From Amphiscolops sp. MND2022 (Eukaryota): a stretch of 64,000 nucleotides of DNA. Shown piece by piece: positions 11,005-22,324 of this stretch. The stretch is from positions 60,946,001 to 61,010,000 of the forward strand of contig OZ076409.1 in NCBI GenBank assembly GCA_964187785.1. The letters are read 5' to 3'. A program made the translations under genes and the position numbers. Position 1 is the first letter of the stretch. Each line of letters starts with the position of its first letter. The notes below the pieces were generated by a model that saw only the letters and a program-made list of their open reading frames with translations, did no database searches and was not told the DNA's origin.

Positions 11005-11748
11005 TTTCATTTGGCTCGATGGAAAATGGTATGTCTTCATCATCCGGGTAGTCTTTCATATGCACCAAGGCTTGAGCCAACTCGTGGACAATGATATTGC
11101 TGAATTCTTTGTCCAACAGGCCAGCAACGCCAACAAACAAAAACAGGTAGGCCACCAGACTTCTGAAAAAGTTTATCTGGGTCTTCTTCGGGGCGCTAAC
11201 ATTCTTTTTGTAACGGCTCGTTGTGGCAACTATAAAGGATTTCAGCCATTCTTTGGCTTCATCCGTCTTCAAGTCGGGTTTGCTTTTTTTGCAGGGGGAG
11301 TTGTTTTGACTACATTGTAGACTCTTTCTTCAAACGAGTCAACAGGTTGTTTCTGACTCGAGGTCGGAACTGTGGCGCTGGTTAAACCCACGGCATTGGA
11401 AATGTCAAGATTAGGAGAAGGAGTTACCGCGTGATCTTCGACCGGCTGATTTGGCTCGTGATGCTCTTCTTGCATAATCCCATCTGCATTGTAAGCAATC
11501 GAGCTCTGCGAGCTCTGCGAGATCTGCGTGTAGAATGTCTGCGAGCTCTGCGGGTAGACTGTTGCATCGAATGAGGGTGTCGAATTTGTCAAAGAAGCTT
11601 CAGAACTTCCGCTGAGCAAAGGAGTTGAGGATTCGAGCAACCATGGGGTCAAGTTTGTCAATGGAGTCGAGAACTGGGTTAAAACAGATGAGTAGGACAA
11701 TGGTAGATCTTGAGCAGGAGTTTGATTTTGGGGATTTGAATTATCCAT
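11005..11748 (-). pseudogene. Probable first exon of the SET gene, with a 1-nt frameshift in an A7 run near 11285
   Basis: ATG 11748, S/T/P-rich N-terminus; adding one A fuses ORFs 11269-11748 and 10982-11272; donor GAAA|GTAAGT (phase 1) is compatible with the phase-1 acceptor at 10012. Confidence 0.5.
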
Positions 11749-12308
11749 TAGTTATTTAGTTGCAACCAAGCGATTCAAAAACTTGGAAGGAACTGTGATG
11801 TATATTCGAGAAGACTGGAAGCTACTGATTGTGAAAATGGTTTGAAAGAAACTGAGCAAATCTTTATCAAACAATCGCTATCAACCAAAATCGAGCGTCA
11901 TCTTTTTTAATTATAGGCGGCGTTGAAATGCCCCAAAGATCTCCTAATTAATTTCAAAGGTGAGTATTAATTGAACCTTAGGATAAACAGTAAGCATCGT
12001 CCCTACTTCAATCCTAAGCGGTTTCAACTTGCCGCCTCATCATAAGCGTTGTCGACTTGACGCCCCAATTGAATATGCCATCAATTGCCAGGCACTACTT
12101 TACTTTGCCAGTGGGTGTTCATTGGATCTGAGCAGCAACAGTATTTAAGCATCACCTCTGCTTCAATTATAAGCGGCGTCATTTTGCCCTAGCTTTGAAA
12201 TTGACGCAGAAAATGGAATTTCTTTTTATTTCCCCAGTGGATGTTAATTGAACTATTGATAAGGTGACTATTCCAGTCAGTCTCAAACTATTCAACCTTT
12301 AAACGCAG

Positions 12309-12493
12309 TAATGCTTCTCCAAAAGTTCGAAACGAACGAAGTTGTCCATATCCTGGACCCTCTAACATTTATTTGGGAGCTTGCAAAAATCACTGCAATC
12401 ATGAGTGACTGGAGTGTCAGAATCAAATGGATGGAGTGGTCTACGAGAAAAGCAGTTGACATAACAGTGCCAGAAATCGACAGGGAAGATGAG
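12309..12493 (+). CDS. Tudor/chromo-barrel-like exon
   Basis: FETNEVVHILDPLTFIWELAKITAIMSDWSVRIKWMEW fits the Tudor-knot pattern; GCAG| acceptor, GAG|GT donor (phase 0). Confidence 0.6.
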
Positions 12494-12894
12494 GTTGCTA
12501 TAACATTTCATTACGTTTTTTCGAAATATTTTCCACAATTCTCTCATTTCTTAGGCCATAGTTCCGATGAAATACTAAACAGGTTTTGAGGACAAAAAAT
12601 ACACAAATCGAACTTTAAAATTGAATACCTTGCTAAGCTCATACGTCGGAGTGAACAAACTAGAACCGGAAGTTTAACAAAGTTTGCCAAACTTGGACGA
12701 CAAGCCAGATATTCGAAAATGCCAAATTAGTAGAAAATGCCAAACAAGAAAATCATAAATTTCTCGAGGGCAAGACCGAAAATTGAGATTTAAACCTTGA
12801 CATACTACTTATAAATAGGGCTAGCATTTAAAATCAAAAATTGAGAAGTCCTACTTCCAGCATGGAAATTCAAAAAATGAAAGTTAAATCATGG

Positions 12895-13860
12895 TTCCAA
12901 TTTAAAAGATTTCGTGATATTTGTGTCCCAATCGTGAGTAAGAAACTTACTCACGATTGGGACCAAAATTAATCATGACTAATTTCCCCTTTGAACTACT
13001 TTTTTAGCCGAAATTCGTTGCTATTAGAAGTTAGAGAGACAAAACATGTCCTCAATATCTTTCGTGAGGACAAAAAGGAGGCCTTTTAGTATACTAAATT
13101 GAAAAAAGATTTTGTGATATTTTGGTCCCAATCGTGAGTTAAAAATTTACTCACGATTGGGACCAAAATTATTCGTGATTAGTTTCACCTTTGAATTGTT
13201 TTTTCAGGCAAAATTGGTTGCTACTAGAAGTCAGAGAGACAAATCATGTCCATAATATCATTCGAGCGATTAAAAGCCGGCCTCTGAAAATGCTAACCAA
13301 TCAAAAATGTACCACTTCATCAAAATCTGCCAGTTTTCAATTTTTAGCCAGAGATAAATAAACGTCAGAATATTCTAAAACGTCATTGAATTTTGAGCAA
13401 ATTTTCCATGACACTAATACGGTATATCAAAATTTCATTATTGACGTACAATAATACAGTCAGAATTATATATTGACGTACTACCCCCTTTGGTAGTTGT
13501 TTTCTTACAGTTTAAGATATGTATATGGTTTCCACGACACATGTATAATGATATGGTCCTACTTTCCACAGTCGCTTTCGTGGCCATCGAACAGTGAATG
13601 CTATTTTGGTGGAATCCAAGACAATATGCTCAAAATGGTGGAAACCAGGACAATACAGTCAGATTCAAATATTGACGTGCTACTCCCTTTGGTAGTTGTT
13701 TTCTTACAGTTTAAGATTAGTATGCGGTTTCCACGACACATGTATAACGATATGGTCTTAATTTCCACAATCGTTTTAGGACCATTCAAGAACGAACTCA
13801 TTCGTTGAATGTTTATGGAAAAATGGCAGTTTAGCAAAATCTGCCAGATTTCAATGACAA
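12895..13860 (+). repeat. Satellite B (about 2 units) joined to arm A, inside the Tudor-gene intron
   Basis: Two CCCAATCGTGAGT/ACTCACGATTGGG hairpins followed by arm A units. Confidence 0.9.
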
Positions 13861-13961
13861 TCCACGTGTTGATATCCTCCACATAATTTTTTTTCAAAGA
13901 AACCCATGATTGAAGTTGATAGAAATTTGAAAATCGAGAAGTAATTTTCAAATTTTTTCAG

Positions 13962-14771
13962 CGACGGTGGAATATTAGAAAAACCCAAAAACTGGATGAA
14001 TCTCTGAGAAAGAAACGGGGTAGAAGCTTGCCTTTCAATCCAAGGAAGTTAATGCGCAATGACGAAGTTTTCTTTTGGCAATCAAATGACGAAAATTGTG
14101 ACTGTATCGGCGACTTCGAAAATTGCGAGGTTACTTGCTGCGGGTCAGTTGTTACTGCGACAGTGATGATCAACGATCCGTTCCTGCGACAGTGCTTGGT
14201 CGTTGATGACGAAGGAAAACAATTTTTTGTCTCTTATCGACAATTACGGGCAAGCTTACCTGATGAGACTGCTCCAGATGACACCAACGAAGAACCTGAA
14301 TCACCTCCGACCATAATCGATTCCAGGCCTCCCGTACCAAAAAAGCGATGCCCCCCAAAAACAATACCTTTTGTGGATGCAGTATCTTTGATACCACACA
14401 GTGACGAGAATGTTGAGTTGAAGTATGCGCCATGCTATAACAACATCCTGAAAGTTGGGTCTCTCACCAACTATGCAAACGCGGCGTTTGAAGTAAAAGA
14501 ACTGTTCTTTGATTGCAGCAAACGAAAAGCGTTTGTTAAAATGATAGGAAAAACAAACCCCGATATTGAAGTACGCATGCCCGCACTAGAAGTTCAAGTT
14601 ATCGAAGACGAAATAAAAGAATTCAATATCCACATGCTAGTTCATCCTATTAACCAAGCATTCGCGGTGTTTTCAGCAGTCAAAAAGATGGTTGGATTCG
14701 CCCAGAAAAAACATTCAATGACAAAATCATTGATTCCAGCGACGCCATTGACCCGTAAAGTGTGGTTTTGA
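13962..14771 (+). CDS. Second exon of the Tudor-like gene (second SH3/Tudor-like barrel)
   Basis: TTTTCAG| acceptor, phase 0, in frame with ORF 14028-14771; CLVVDDEGKQFFVSYRQLR. Confidence 0.55.
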   Translation, partial: RRWNIRKTQKLDESLRKKRGRSLPFNPRKLMRNDEVFFWQSNDENCDCIGDFENCEVTCCGSVVTATVMINDPFLRQCLVVDDEGKQFFVSYRQLRASLPDETAPDDTNEEPESPPTIIDSRPPVPKKRCPPKTIPFVDAVSLIPHSDENVELKYAPCYNNILKVGSLTNYANAAFEVKELFFDCSKRKAFVKMIGKTNPDIEVRMPALEVQVIEDEIKEFNIHMLVHPINQAFAVFSAVKKMVGFAQKKHSMTKSLIPATPLTRKVWF

Positions 14772-15474
14772 AACGACGTCCTCGAAAGAAACAGTGAAAT
14801 TTTCTGGGGATATCAGCAATGACTTCAAAGGGTCTAATCAGTCATGGGACAGTGTGCTTGGGAAACGATGGGACGTGATCGCAAGTAACAAAGAAGGTGA
14901 AGATGCTTTCATCAAAATATTGAGGTTCACTGAACATCGTGAATTCGGATTTTTCATGATTCGATGTAGCTTCGTAGCATGTCGTGGTCACTTCAGGTGT
15001 TCAGATAGTTATCGATCCTTAACCCAAACCAGTTTACAATGAAGGAGAATCTAATGACAAACCCAACGTCCTGTACCTCTACAAACTCGATTTCATTGTG
15101 TGTTATAGAGTAAGGAATATGTGACTCAAAGCATGTATTGTTTACTGTACTTTATGCTATCCTCAATTGAAATCTTCTGCTCAACTTCTTTTGAATCTTT
15201 AGGCGGGTTGTTTAACATGTTACTGTTTTTCTCACAGGTTTGTGTTAAAGGTATTTCAGACCCTTCGCAGATAGATATTTACGCCTTTGTGAGTTGCATA
15301 TCAGTAGGCGTCGAACGTTTTATTTCTACACTGAACGCATTCGAGGCTGATCTGCCTAACATGACGGAAAACACTCTGAACAAAATTTTTCTACAGTTAT
15401 CAACGCTATTTTCAAGTCTGGCAAAACTAAATAATATAACAAATGAATTGACAGATCATCATGTTATGGCGTGA
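14761..15474 (+). pseudogene. Possible frameshifted continuation of the Tudor-like gene
   Basis: Consecutive open frames (14794, 15121) with coding-like composition; no recognisable domain. Confidence 0.3.
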
Positions 15475-15659
15475 ATGATTATTTTATCTTTTTCTTATTA
15501 TTATGATCAAAGATCAGGGGTTACAATCTGTGGGTTTATTCAATGTCAATGTCACTCAATTTACATTACAATTTACGAAAATCGTAACACAAACTAAAAT
15601 GCTAGTTGGCTTACCAATTAGCTACATAAATAATGACGTAACAATTGTTTAGGTTTTTA

Positions 15660-17800
15660 CAGGGTACTCAGTTTTTCAATTTCGGCTTCTTCTGTTTATT
15701 CAATTCGATTCAATCCACGCTGTCTGCGTATTCGTCAAACTTGAAGCTTTTGTCTGTTTTGGCATTTTGAAGCGAACTGCAGTTTTGCTCTGATACGGTA
15801 AATACTCGTTCTCGCTTCTGATTGGCTAATCGGTCAGTAATTAAAACGCAGTCTTCCACTAGCAAAAGCGAGCGACAAGTCGAATCTGATAATCACGCAG
15901 AAATGAACGATGATATAATTCAAGCGGCAATTATGCCACCAATAAAAAGCCCTATTTGTTACTCCATAAATCAAATTGAAGTACTACAGCAACTGGGAAA
16001 TCACACGTTTGCAGCCCAGTATGAATCAGACGAATTCATGCAAAAAATTATCGGATTGCTCAAAAGACCAGACAGCACGAAAATCAACCGCCTCCCCACA
16101 CCATGGAGAGAGAAGTACAAGTGCTTCAGCTTAGATGCCAACGACTTCGTCTACATGGACGAAAGATTAGTAATCCCCAAGACGCTAAGACCAATCATCA
16201 TGAGATCACTGTACTACGGGCACCCGGGGCGAGATGCCATGTTGGCAACAATTTCTAATGTGTGGTGGCCAAGACTGCATCGAGAGGTAGTCACAATCGC
16301 CAGAGAATGCCCCCAATGCAAAGAATCTGGTAAGAACATAATAACAATACTTAGCCAAAAACAAATAGGGAAATTGCCTGAAAGTAAAGAATGTAATCAA
16401 GAGATAGCAATTGACTTCGCCGGCCCATTCCAAAACGCCATAAACGCAAAAAAGTACCTTTTAGTATCAGTATATCACTTTTCGGGATTGCTGGAAGCAA
16501 AGTTTTTAAGAAAGCCAACCACAGAAAAGGTAATAGGAATTTTAAAGAACTATATTACAAGGCACGGAATTCCACAGACCATAAGAACGGACCCGGCGAC
16601 AATTTTCCGAAGTAGGCGATTTAGGAATTTTGCCAAAAACGACTGATCCGCCACATAGAATGTCCAGAAAGGGACCACCGCGGAAATGGCAAAATAGAGA
16701 GACTAAATTCGTTTCGGAATATTTCAGATCAACCACAGCCAGCCATCCAACTCAGCGACACAGACTTCGAGTCGGGACAGGACTCAACTATCATGGTACG
16801 CGAGAGGACAAGAGGCACAAAACTTGAGAGGGCCTACAAGAAAAAGAAGGGGTACTGCTCGAGCAATCGAATCATACAATAAACTTCCTGCCAGCAGGCA
16901 GAAATCAGCCAACGATCATCTCCAAACGCGACGTGGCGAACAACACCAACCAACCATGCTGCTCCCGCGAAGCAACAAAGCAACTAGCGTCACAAAATAC
17001 AGGCACGGCATTGGCGGGAAACCAGCCAATCACAAGCGAGGACGACAGCAGCTCAGAAGTGGCAACAAGAGATGACCTGCCAATCACCATGAACTTGCCA
17101 GAAACATCACGCCCGCCAACTCCAACAACAGAACAGCGACGAAAAAAGAAATCAGCACTAGAACAACTAAAGCAAAAAGTAAAGAAAACAAAGGAGGGGA
17201 AGAAGATGAAAAGAGCAAAACAAAATCAAAAACCAGAACAAATCACAGAAATCGGAAGCGAATCAGAAGAAGAGATGTGGCCACAACAAGAAGCCGAACC
17301 CAAAATCAAAGAAAAAAAGCAAGACAATGAAGAAGAAGACAACAGAAGCGAGCAAAACCCAGCAACTATGATAGACTCTACCAATCAAAACGAAGTACAA
17401 CAACTGCCGAACCCACCACGCCGAGGAAACAGAAACCGGCCCAAAACCGACTTCTTTGGCAACAACATAATGGTTTCACAAATAACCAAAAGCCCGAGAA
17501 GAGAAGAAGAAAACGACGAAAACTAAACCTACAAACTACTCTCTAAAATCTACAAACTACTCTTAGAAGAAGAAAAATTTTCAGTTTCGTAAATTGGCAA
17601 TTGTACAATTTATATTATTACACGCCTGTACAATAAATACAAATTTGTGTTAAATCGGGGGATGTGAGAGAGGCTAAGCTATACTCTCGAAACTGACCTC
17701 ATTCAAATAAGAAAAGTGTCTAGTTGTTGACAAACATAAATGACAAACACGGTACAGCATCTAGACTTAGGACTTAGTAGAAGTCATCGTCAACAGTAAC
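15660..17800 (+). mobile_element. Gypsy 3' half: linker, frameshifted integrase, tail, PPT, LTR start (17663)
   Basis: YGHPGRD...WWP...CPQC, IAIDFAGPF, RTDPATIF; tail RPKTDFFGNNIM; CGGGGGA|TGTGAGAG; 15660-15827 is an inverted linker piece of another family. Confidence 0.9.
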
Positions 17801-17993
17801 AGATAGATTGCTTGTTTCTTATTTTTGTCTCATACAGAATTGAAAAATGTGGTAATTTGTGAATCCAATGGTTTCACATTTCGTTTTCTAATTTGCAATT
17901 TTTTATATTTAAAATTTCAAGAGGGAAAAGAAACTAGAAACTCTGTTGAATGACAACCTTGAAAACAAATAGAATAATGGTGAATAAAAACAG

Positions 17994-20900
17994 TCAACAT
18001 ATATCAAAGAGTTCATCCTCTTTAGGGATAGTTCTAATGCCTTTTAGTGAAGCCATAATCGGTAGTGCATGAGGTCGAAATTTGTTTTCGCAAAACTTTG
18101 GAGTTTGCGAATTCTCCCTCAGAAGTTCAACTGTCGAGACACGGGTCTCGCACGACTCACTCAGAACATCTACATTGTTAATGTAATCGGGGATGGTTGC
18201 GTAGGAGTCACCGGGATATTTAATGCTGACGCACGCCAGATATTTTTTGGAGATTGTGGCATCTTGGAGGGTTCCGGTTGGTTGTTTCCTGCCCAGAAGC
18301 AATCGCAACTTGCTCATGCAAAACTGTGGATGAATCTGCAAATTAAAAAGAAAATAAGTTGAACAAGTGAAACACTATGAATTTAAAATGAACAGTTTTT
18401 CAAGTCAAATTGTAAAAACCTCCTGGACGGCCTTTTCATTACCAATTGTTTTAACTGCGTCGAACAAACGAAACTTGAAAGGACAAGCTCTCTGAATTTT
18501 TTCTGTTGCAGTGAGAAGAAGCAATGCCAGCAGCTCGGGAAGATCAGGGAATTTGTCATCCGCGTAAGTCCTCGAATGGTCAAGGATCATCATCTCCCGT
18601 ATCATAGGAATGTGTCCAAGGGCCAAAAAATTGGTCCTTACTGCAATTGAGTCACCTGTAACGATTTGATTGAGGAAAGACAGAATTATTTTTTGGTTCC
18701 AATCGTGAGTAAAAAATTTTTTGGTGGAAACCAGGACAAAACAGTCAGATTTGAATGTTGACGTACCCCCTTTGGTAGTTGTTTTCTTACAGTTTAAGAT
18801 ATGTATATGGTTTCCACGACACATGTATAAAGATATGGTCCTACTTTCCACAGTCGCTTTCGTGGCCATCGAACAGTGAATGCTATTTTGGTGGAATCCA
18901 GGAAAATATGCTCAAAATGGTGGAAACCAGGACAATACAGTCAGATTTAAATATTGACGTACTACTCCCTTTGGTAGTTGTTTTCTTACAGTTTAAGATT
19001 AGTATGTGGTTTCCACGACACATGTATAACGATATGGTCTTACTTTCCACAATCGTTTTAGGACCATTCAAGAACGAACTCATTCGTTAAATGCTTATGA
19101 AAAATGGCAGTTGACAGAAATCTGTCATACTTCGATGACAAGACAGTAATAAATAAATGCCATTTTTAATAAAATGCCTTGCAAAATTGTTTTCAATGTT
19201 TTCGTGAGACAAAGACTTTTTAAAGCCTGGGTAGATCGGTTTTTGCCGTACGATTTTCATATTGAACAAACACCGGGGAGAACTCTGGGAATAGCTGACT
19301 ATTTGTCAAGGCATCCTTCCTAATGTGAAGGATCAATCATTCAATCTGAGGAATTATTCAAAGATTGGTTCACCGTAAAGGTAGTAGACAAGTTCACAAA
19401 CGAATTAAAACGGACGGTATTGGCGAGAAGAAACGGACCAATCAAATCGCGAGAGAGTGTAAATGGAACGCGGAAAACATGCAAACGAGTATTGACACTG
19501 TAGAGTGAAAAAGAAAGTATTAAGTTGTGGCAAAATTATGCATCGTGCCAATACCGGAAAAAACGCCAAAATTACAAAAATGAATCCAACACTAGAAAGA
19601 GATCGTCAGCTAAATTCGTTCAGAATTAGTCAAGTGTACGTAAAAGCGATTACGAAAAAGACCAACTGACACTTCTTTCATAACTCAAAGAGACTAAAGA
19701 AGACCATAATACCTTTCGTGAGGACAAAATGAAGGTAGTTGGCAGGCATAACTAGCATGTCACTGGGTGTAACATTGAGTCGGAGGCATCCTTCTTCCAG
19801 TTCATTGATGGCACCAAAGAATGTGGGCCTGAAACATCAAACTAAATCAAAACTAGTTTTTATGCACTGTTTCTGTAGCTATTGGTGTCCGTTGTTTTGT
19901 TGAAAAAAATTAATTTATAAATTTATAATCAACTCTTATAAATTTTAAAAACTCTTCGTTAGTTTCAATTAAAAACGCTTACGTTTGGTCATTTTCTGCA
20001 TCTGACCATTTCTCGAAGATTGCCATAGTCTTTTTTGTTGGCTTGACCGAGAAAAAAATTTTCTCGCCACGAAGAACAGTATAGCAAACAGAAGTTGCTG
20101 AAAAGTCTTGGTGCCAAGTTGTGTGCGCTGAGTCCTGCGTAATCAGCAGATAATATGAAGTGGCACATGAATAAGGCTCGAGGCTAGTCTTCCCAATGAG
20201 TTTTTCAACCAGGTGACCAATGGAATTGTCTCTCACCATCTTTGGGACTGTGTACAGCTTCTTAAACACAAAAACTTAGTTTAAAAAATGAAAATAGTTG
20301 AAAAATGAGGTTATTCTTTCATCAAGTTTCCCAAGTCACTTTTGGCTTCATCCTGATATCAATAACATTCAGTGGATACTTCACGTCATCAGGGCCACAT
20401 GAATTCAAAACATCTACGAACACCGGTGTGGATAGAGATTGCGTCTGAAACTAGGAAGTATTCATTTCGTTTTATTGGAGAGAGGTAATGAATAATTTTT
20501 GTGAAATAATAACCATGGTGAAATGTGAAAAAAATAGATAAAACACTACATGAATCCAATATACGAGACATTTTGGCTTTTTAAAAGACAGTATTTTTGC
20601 GAAAAGATAATGAAAAACTTACAGTGCCGATCATTGCCCAGTTCACATCTAGTTGCTGCTCCGGATCAGTCAAATTTGATGCCATCAGGAGTTGCTGGAC
20701 TTCACTGGGAAAATACGCACTCCTGTCAACTTTGGGAAGCTGTATACCGGGACAATGGTTTGCACCACTTTTCCAAAGCAGAGGTATGCCGTGTTGCAAC
20801 AGAGAGCCTAAATGCACACTTGGATTCTCCTGAGGGCCCTGCCACTCGTCGAAAGAAAACCCACATTCCAGAGGAATTCTCTCGCAAAATTCAAAGTACC

Positions 20901-21622
20901 CTGTGGTACCAAAAGGAGATGGGGGATACTCTGAGAAGGTGACATCAACAGGCATTGGAGCTAGGGCTACTTGGCAAGATAGTGATCTTGCGACGTGATT
21001 CCGGAGTACGTACTGGTACGCGAACAACTTGCCACAACTCAGACAAATATGGGGACTTTTTTGACGACCTTTTGCAGCTGCTGGAAAACATCATGTGTAA
21101 ACACAAACATGTGCAAACATTTTGATTTGGATTTTTTGTTAATCTTCCTCCCAAACCCCCCGCCCACACACAGTTCTTTATATCTTTCCAGATCATAAGT
21201 ATTCGAGCGAAAAACTCAATAATTTCAGTAAGGCTAAATAACTTACGATATTTGTACATGGAGACTTCTGTGCCGGCATCAATTTTGGCTTTCTGCTTGA
21301 CACAGTACTTAGCGTTCTTTTGATGACGCATCCGACTTTTCTTATTAGTGAATAACTGTCCACAATTCTCACAGGTCAGTTCTTTTTTCTTCCAGTCCTC
21401 ATAGGGCATTCCTGGGCACTGCTTCTCATGACGCTGGAGGTTGAACAACCGATCAGTGACGTAATCACAGGTGCCATTGGTACAAGAAAATAGGTTGGTC
21501 GAGCTTTTTTTGTACTTCTTGTATGATGGTGCTTCATTCTGCCTTTCAGTATTTGGCGACAACTGCCCGCATTTCTCACACGTCACTGCTTGTGACTGCG
21601 ATGAGCAAGCCTGATCAGACAT
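17994..21622 (-). CDS. C2H2 zinc-finger + JmjC demethylase (KDM2/KDM7-like); 7 exons 21622-21247, 21080-20623, 20444-20340, 20260-19983, 19828-19713, 18655-18420, 18335-17994; 636 aa
   Basis: All six introns GT-AG and phase-compatible; TTWHQDFSATSVCYTVLRGEKIF (HxD), MPANYLHFVLT (distal His), DSIAVRTNFL and KFPD fit the KDM2/7 JmjC consensus; three C2H2-like fingers. Confidence 0.85.
18695..19215 (+). repeat. Satellite B piece plus arm A in JmjC intron 5
   Basis: Direct sequence match. Confidence 0.9.
19230..19660 (+). mobile_element. Gypsy RNase H/linker fragment in JmjC intron 5
   Basis: VDRFLPYDF...PGRTLGIADYLSRHP...EELFKDWFTV. Confidence 0.85.
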
Positions 21623-22324
21623 CTGGAATATAGGTTTAAAAAAGAAAAACATCATTTGCATTGAATTTTTTTAAAGTCCTCAAAAAGGACAATAAACTCA
21701 CACTGGTGGAAACCAGGACAAAACAGTCAGATTTAAATATTGACGTACTACCCCCTTTGGTAGTTGTTTTCTTACAGTTTAAGATTAGTATGCGGTTTCC
21801 ACGACACATGTATAAAGATATGGTCTTACTTTCTATAGTCGTTTTGGGACCATTCAAAAACGAGCTCATTCGTTGAGTGCTAATGAAAAAATGGCAATTG
21901 ATCAAAATCTGCCATATTTTGATGACAAGACAGTTATGAATAAATGCCATGTTTTCAAAAAATGCCATGCAAAATTGATAGGTATTTTCGTGAGACTAGG
22001 ACTTTTGAGACAAATTTTGTGTTTATTACAAGTCAAGGAGAAAAGTATTCGTTGCTATTCCATGTCATGATTGTTGGGACACCGGGGACAAAATATGGGC
22101 GGCCTGGTCGCGTTTACAATGTTCATATTCAGCTTCAAAATGTTCTGATTCACGGTTCAATAGCAATAGTTGAACAAAGAGAAATTGTTGATCTCACTTG
22201 TCCGTAATTAGGATTCTAATTAATTGTTAGCTAGCAATGGAATACTGCCTAGCAAAAATTTGCATAACTTCGAAACCAAATTTTACATTGTATTACTTTG
22301 TTAAAGACTCAGAATTGTTAGACA

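Noticed and set aside
13562-13600. CACAGTC/CACAATC in arm A as RAG recombination signals
   Set aside because: 6/7 heptamer match only; no nonamer-like sequence at 12 or 23 bp.
13497-13951. Recurrent ORFs MFSYSLRYVYGFHD... and MSSFLNGPKT...
   Set aside because: Shadow frames of repeat A; starts, stops and frames vary between copies.
18560-18655. DSIAVRTNFLALGHIP as a HIRAN domain
   Set aside because: It splices in frame after JmjC exon 5 and fits the KDM2/7 DSLVFGGNFL region.
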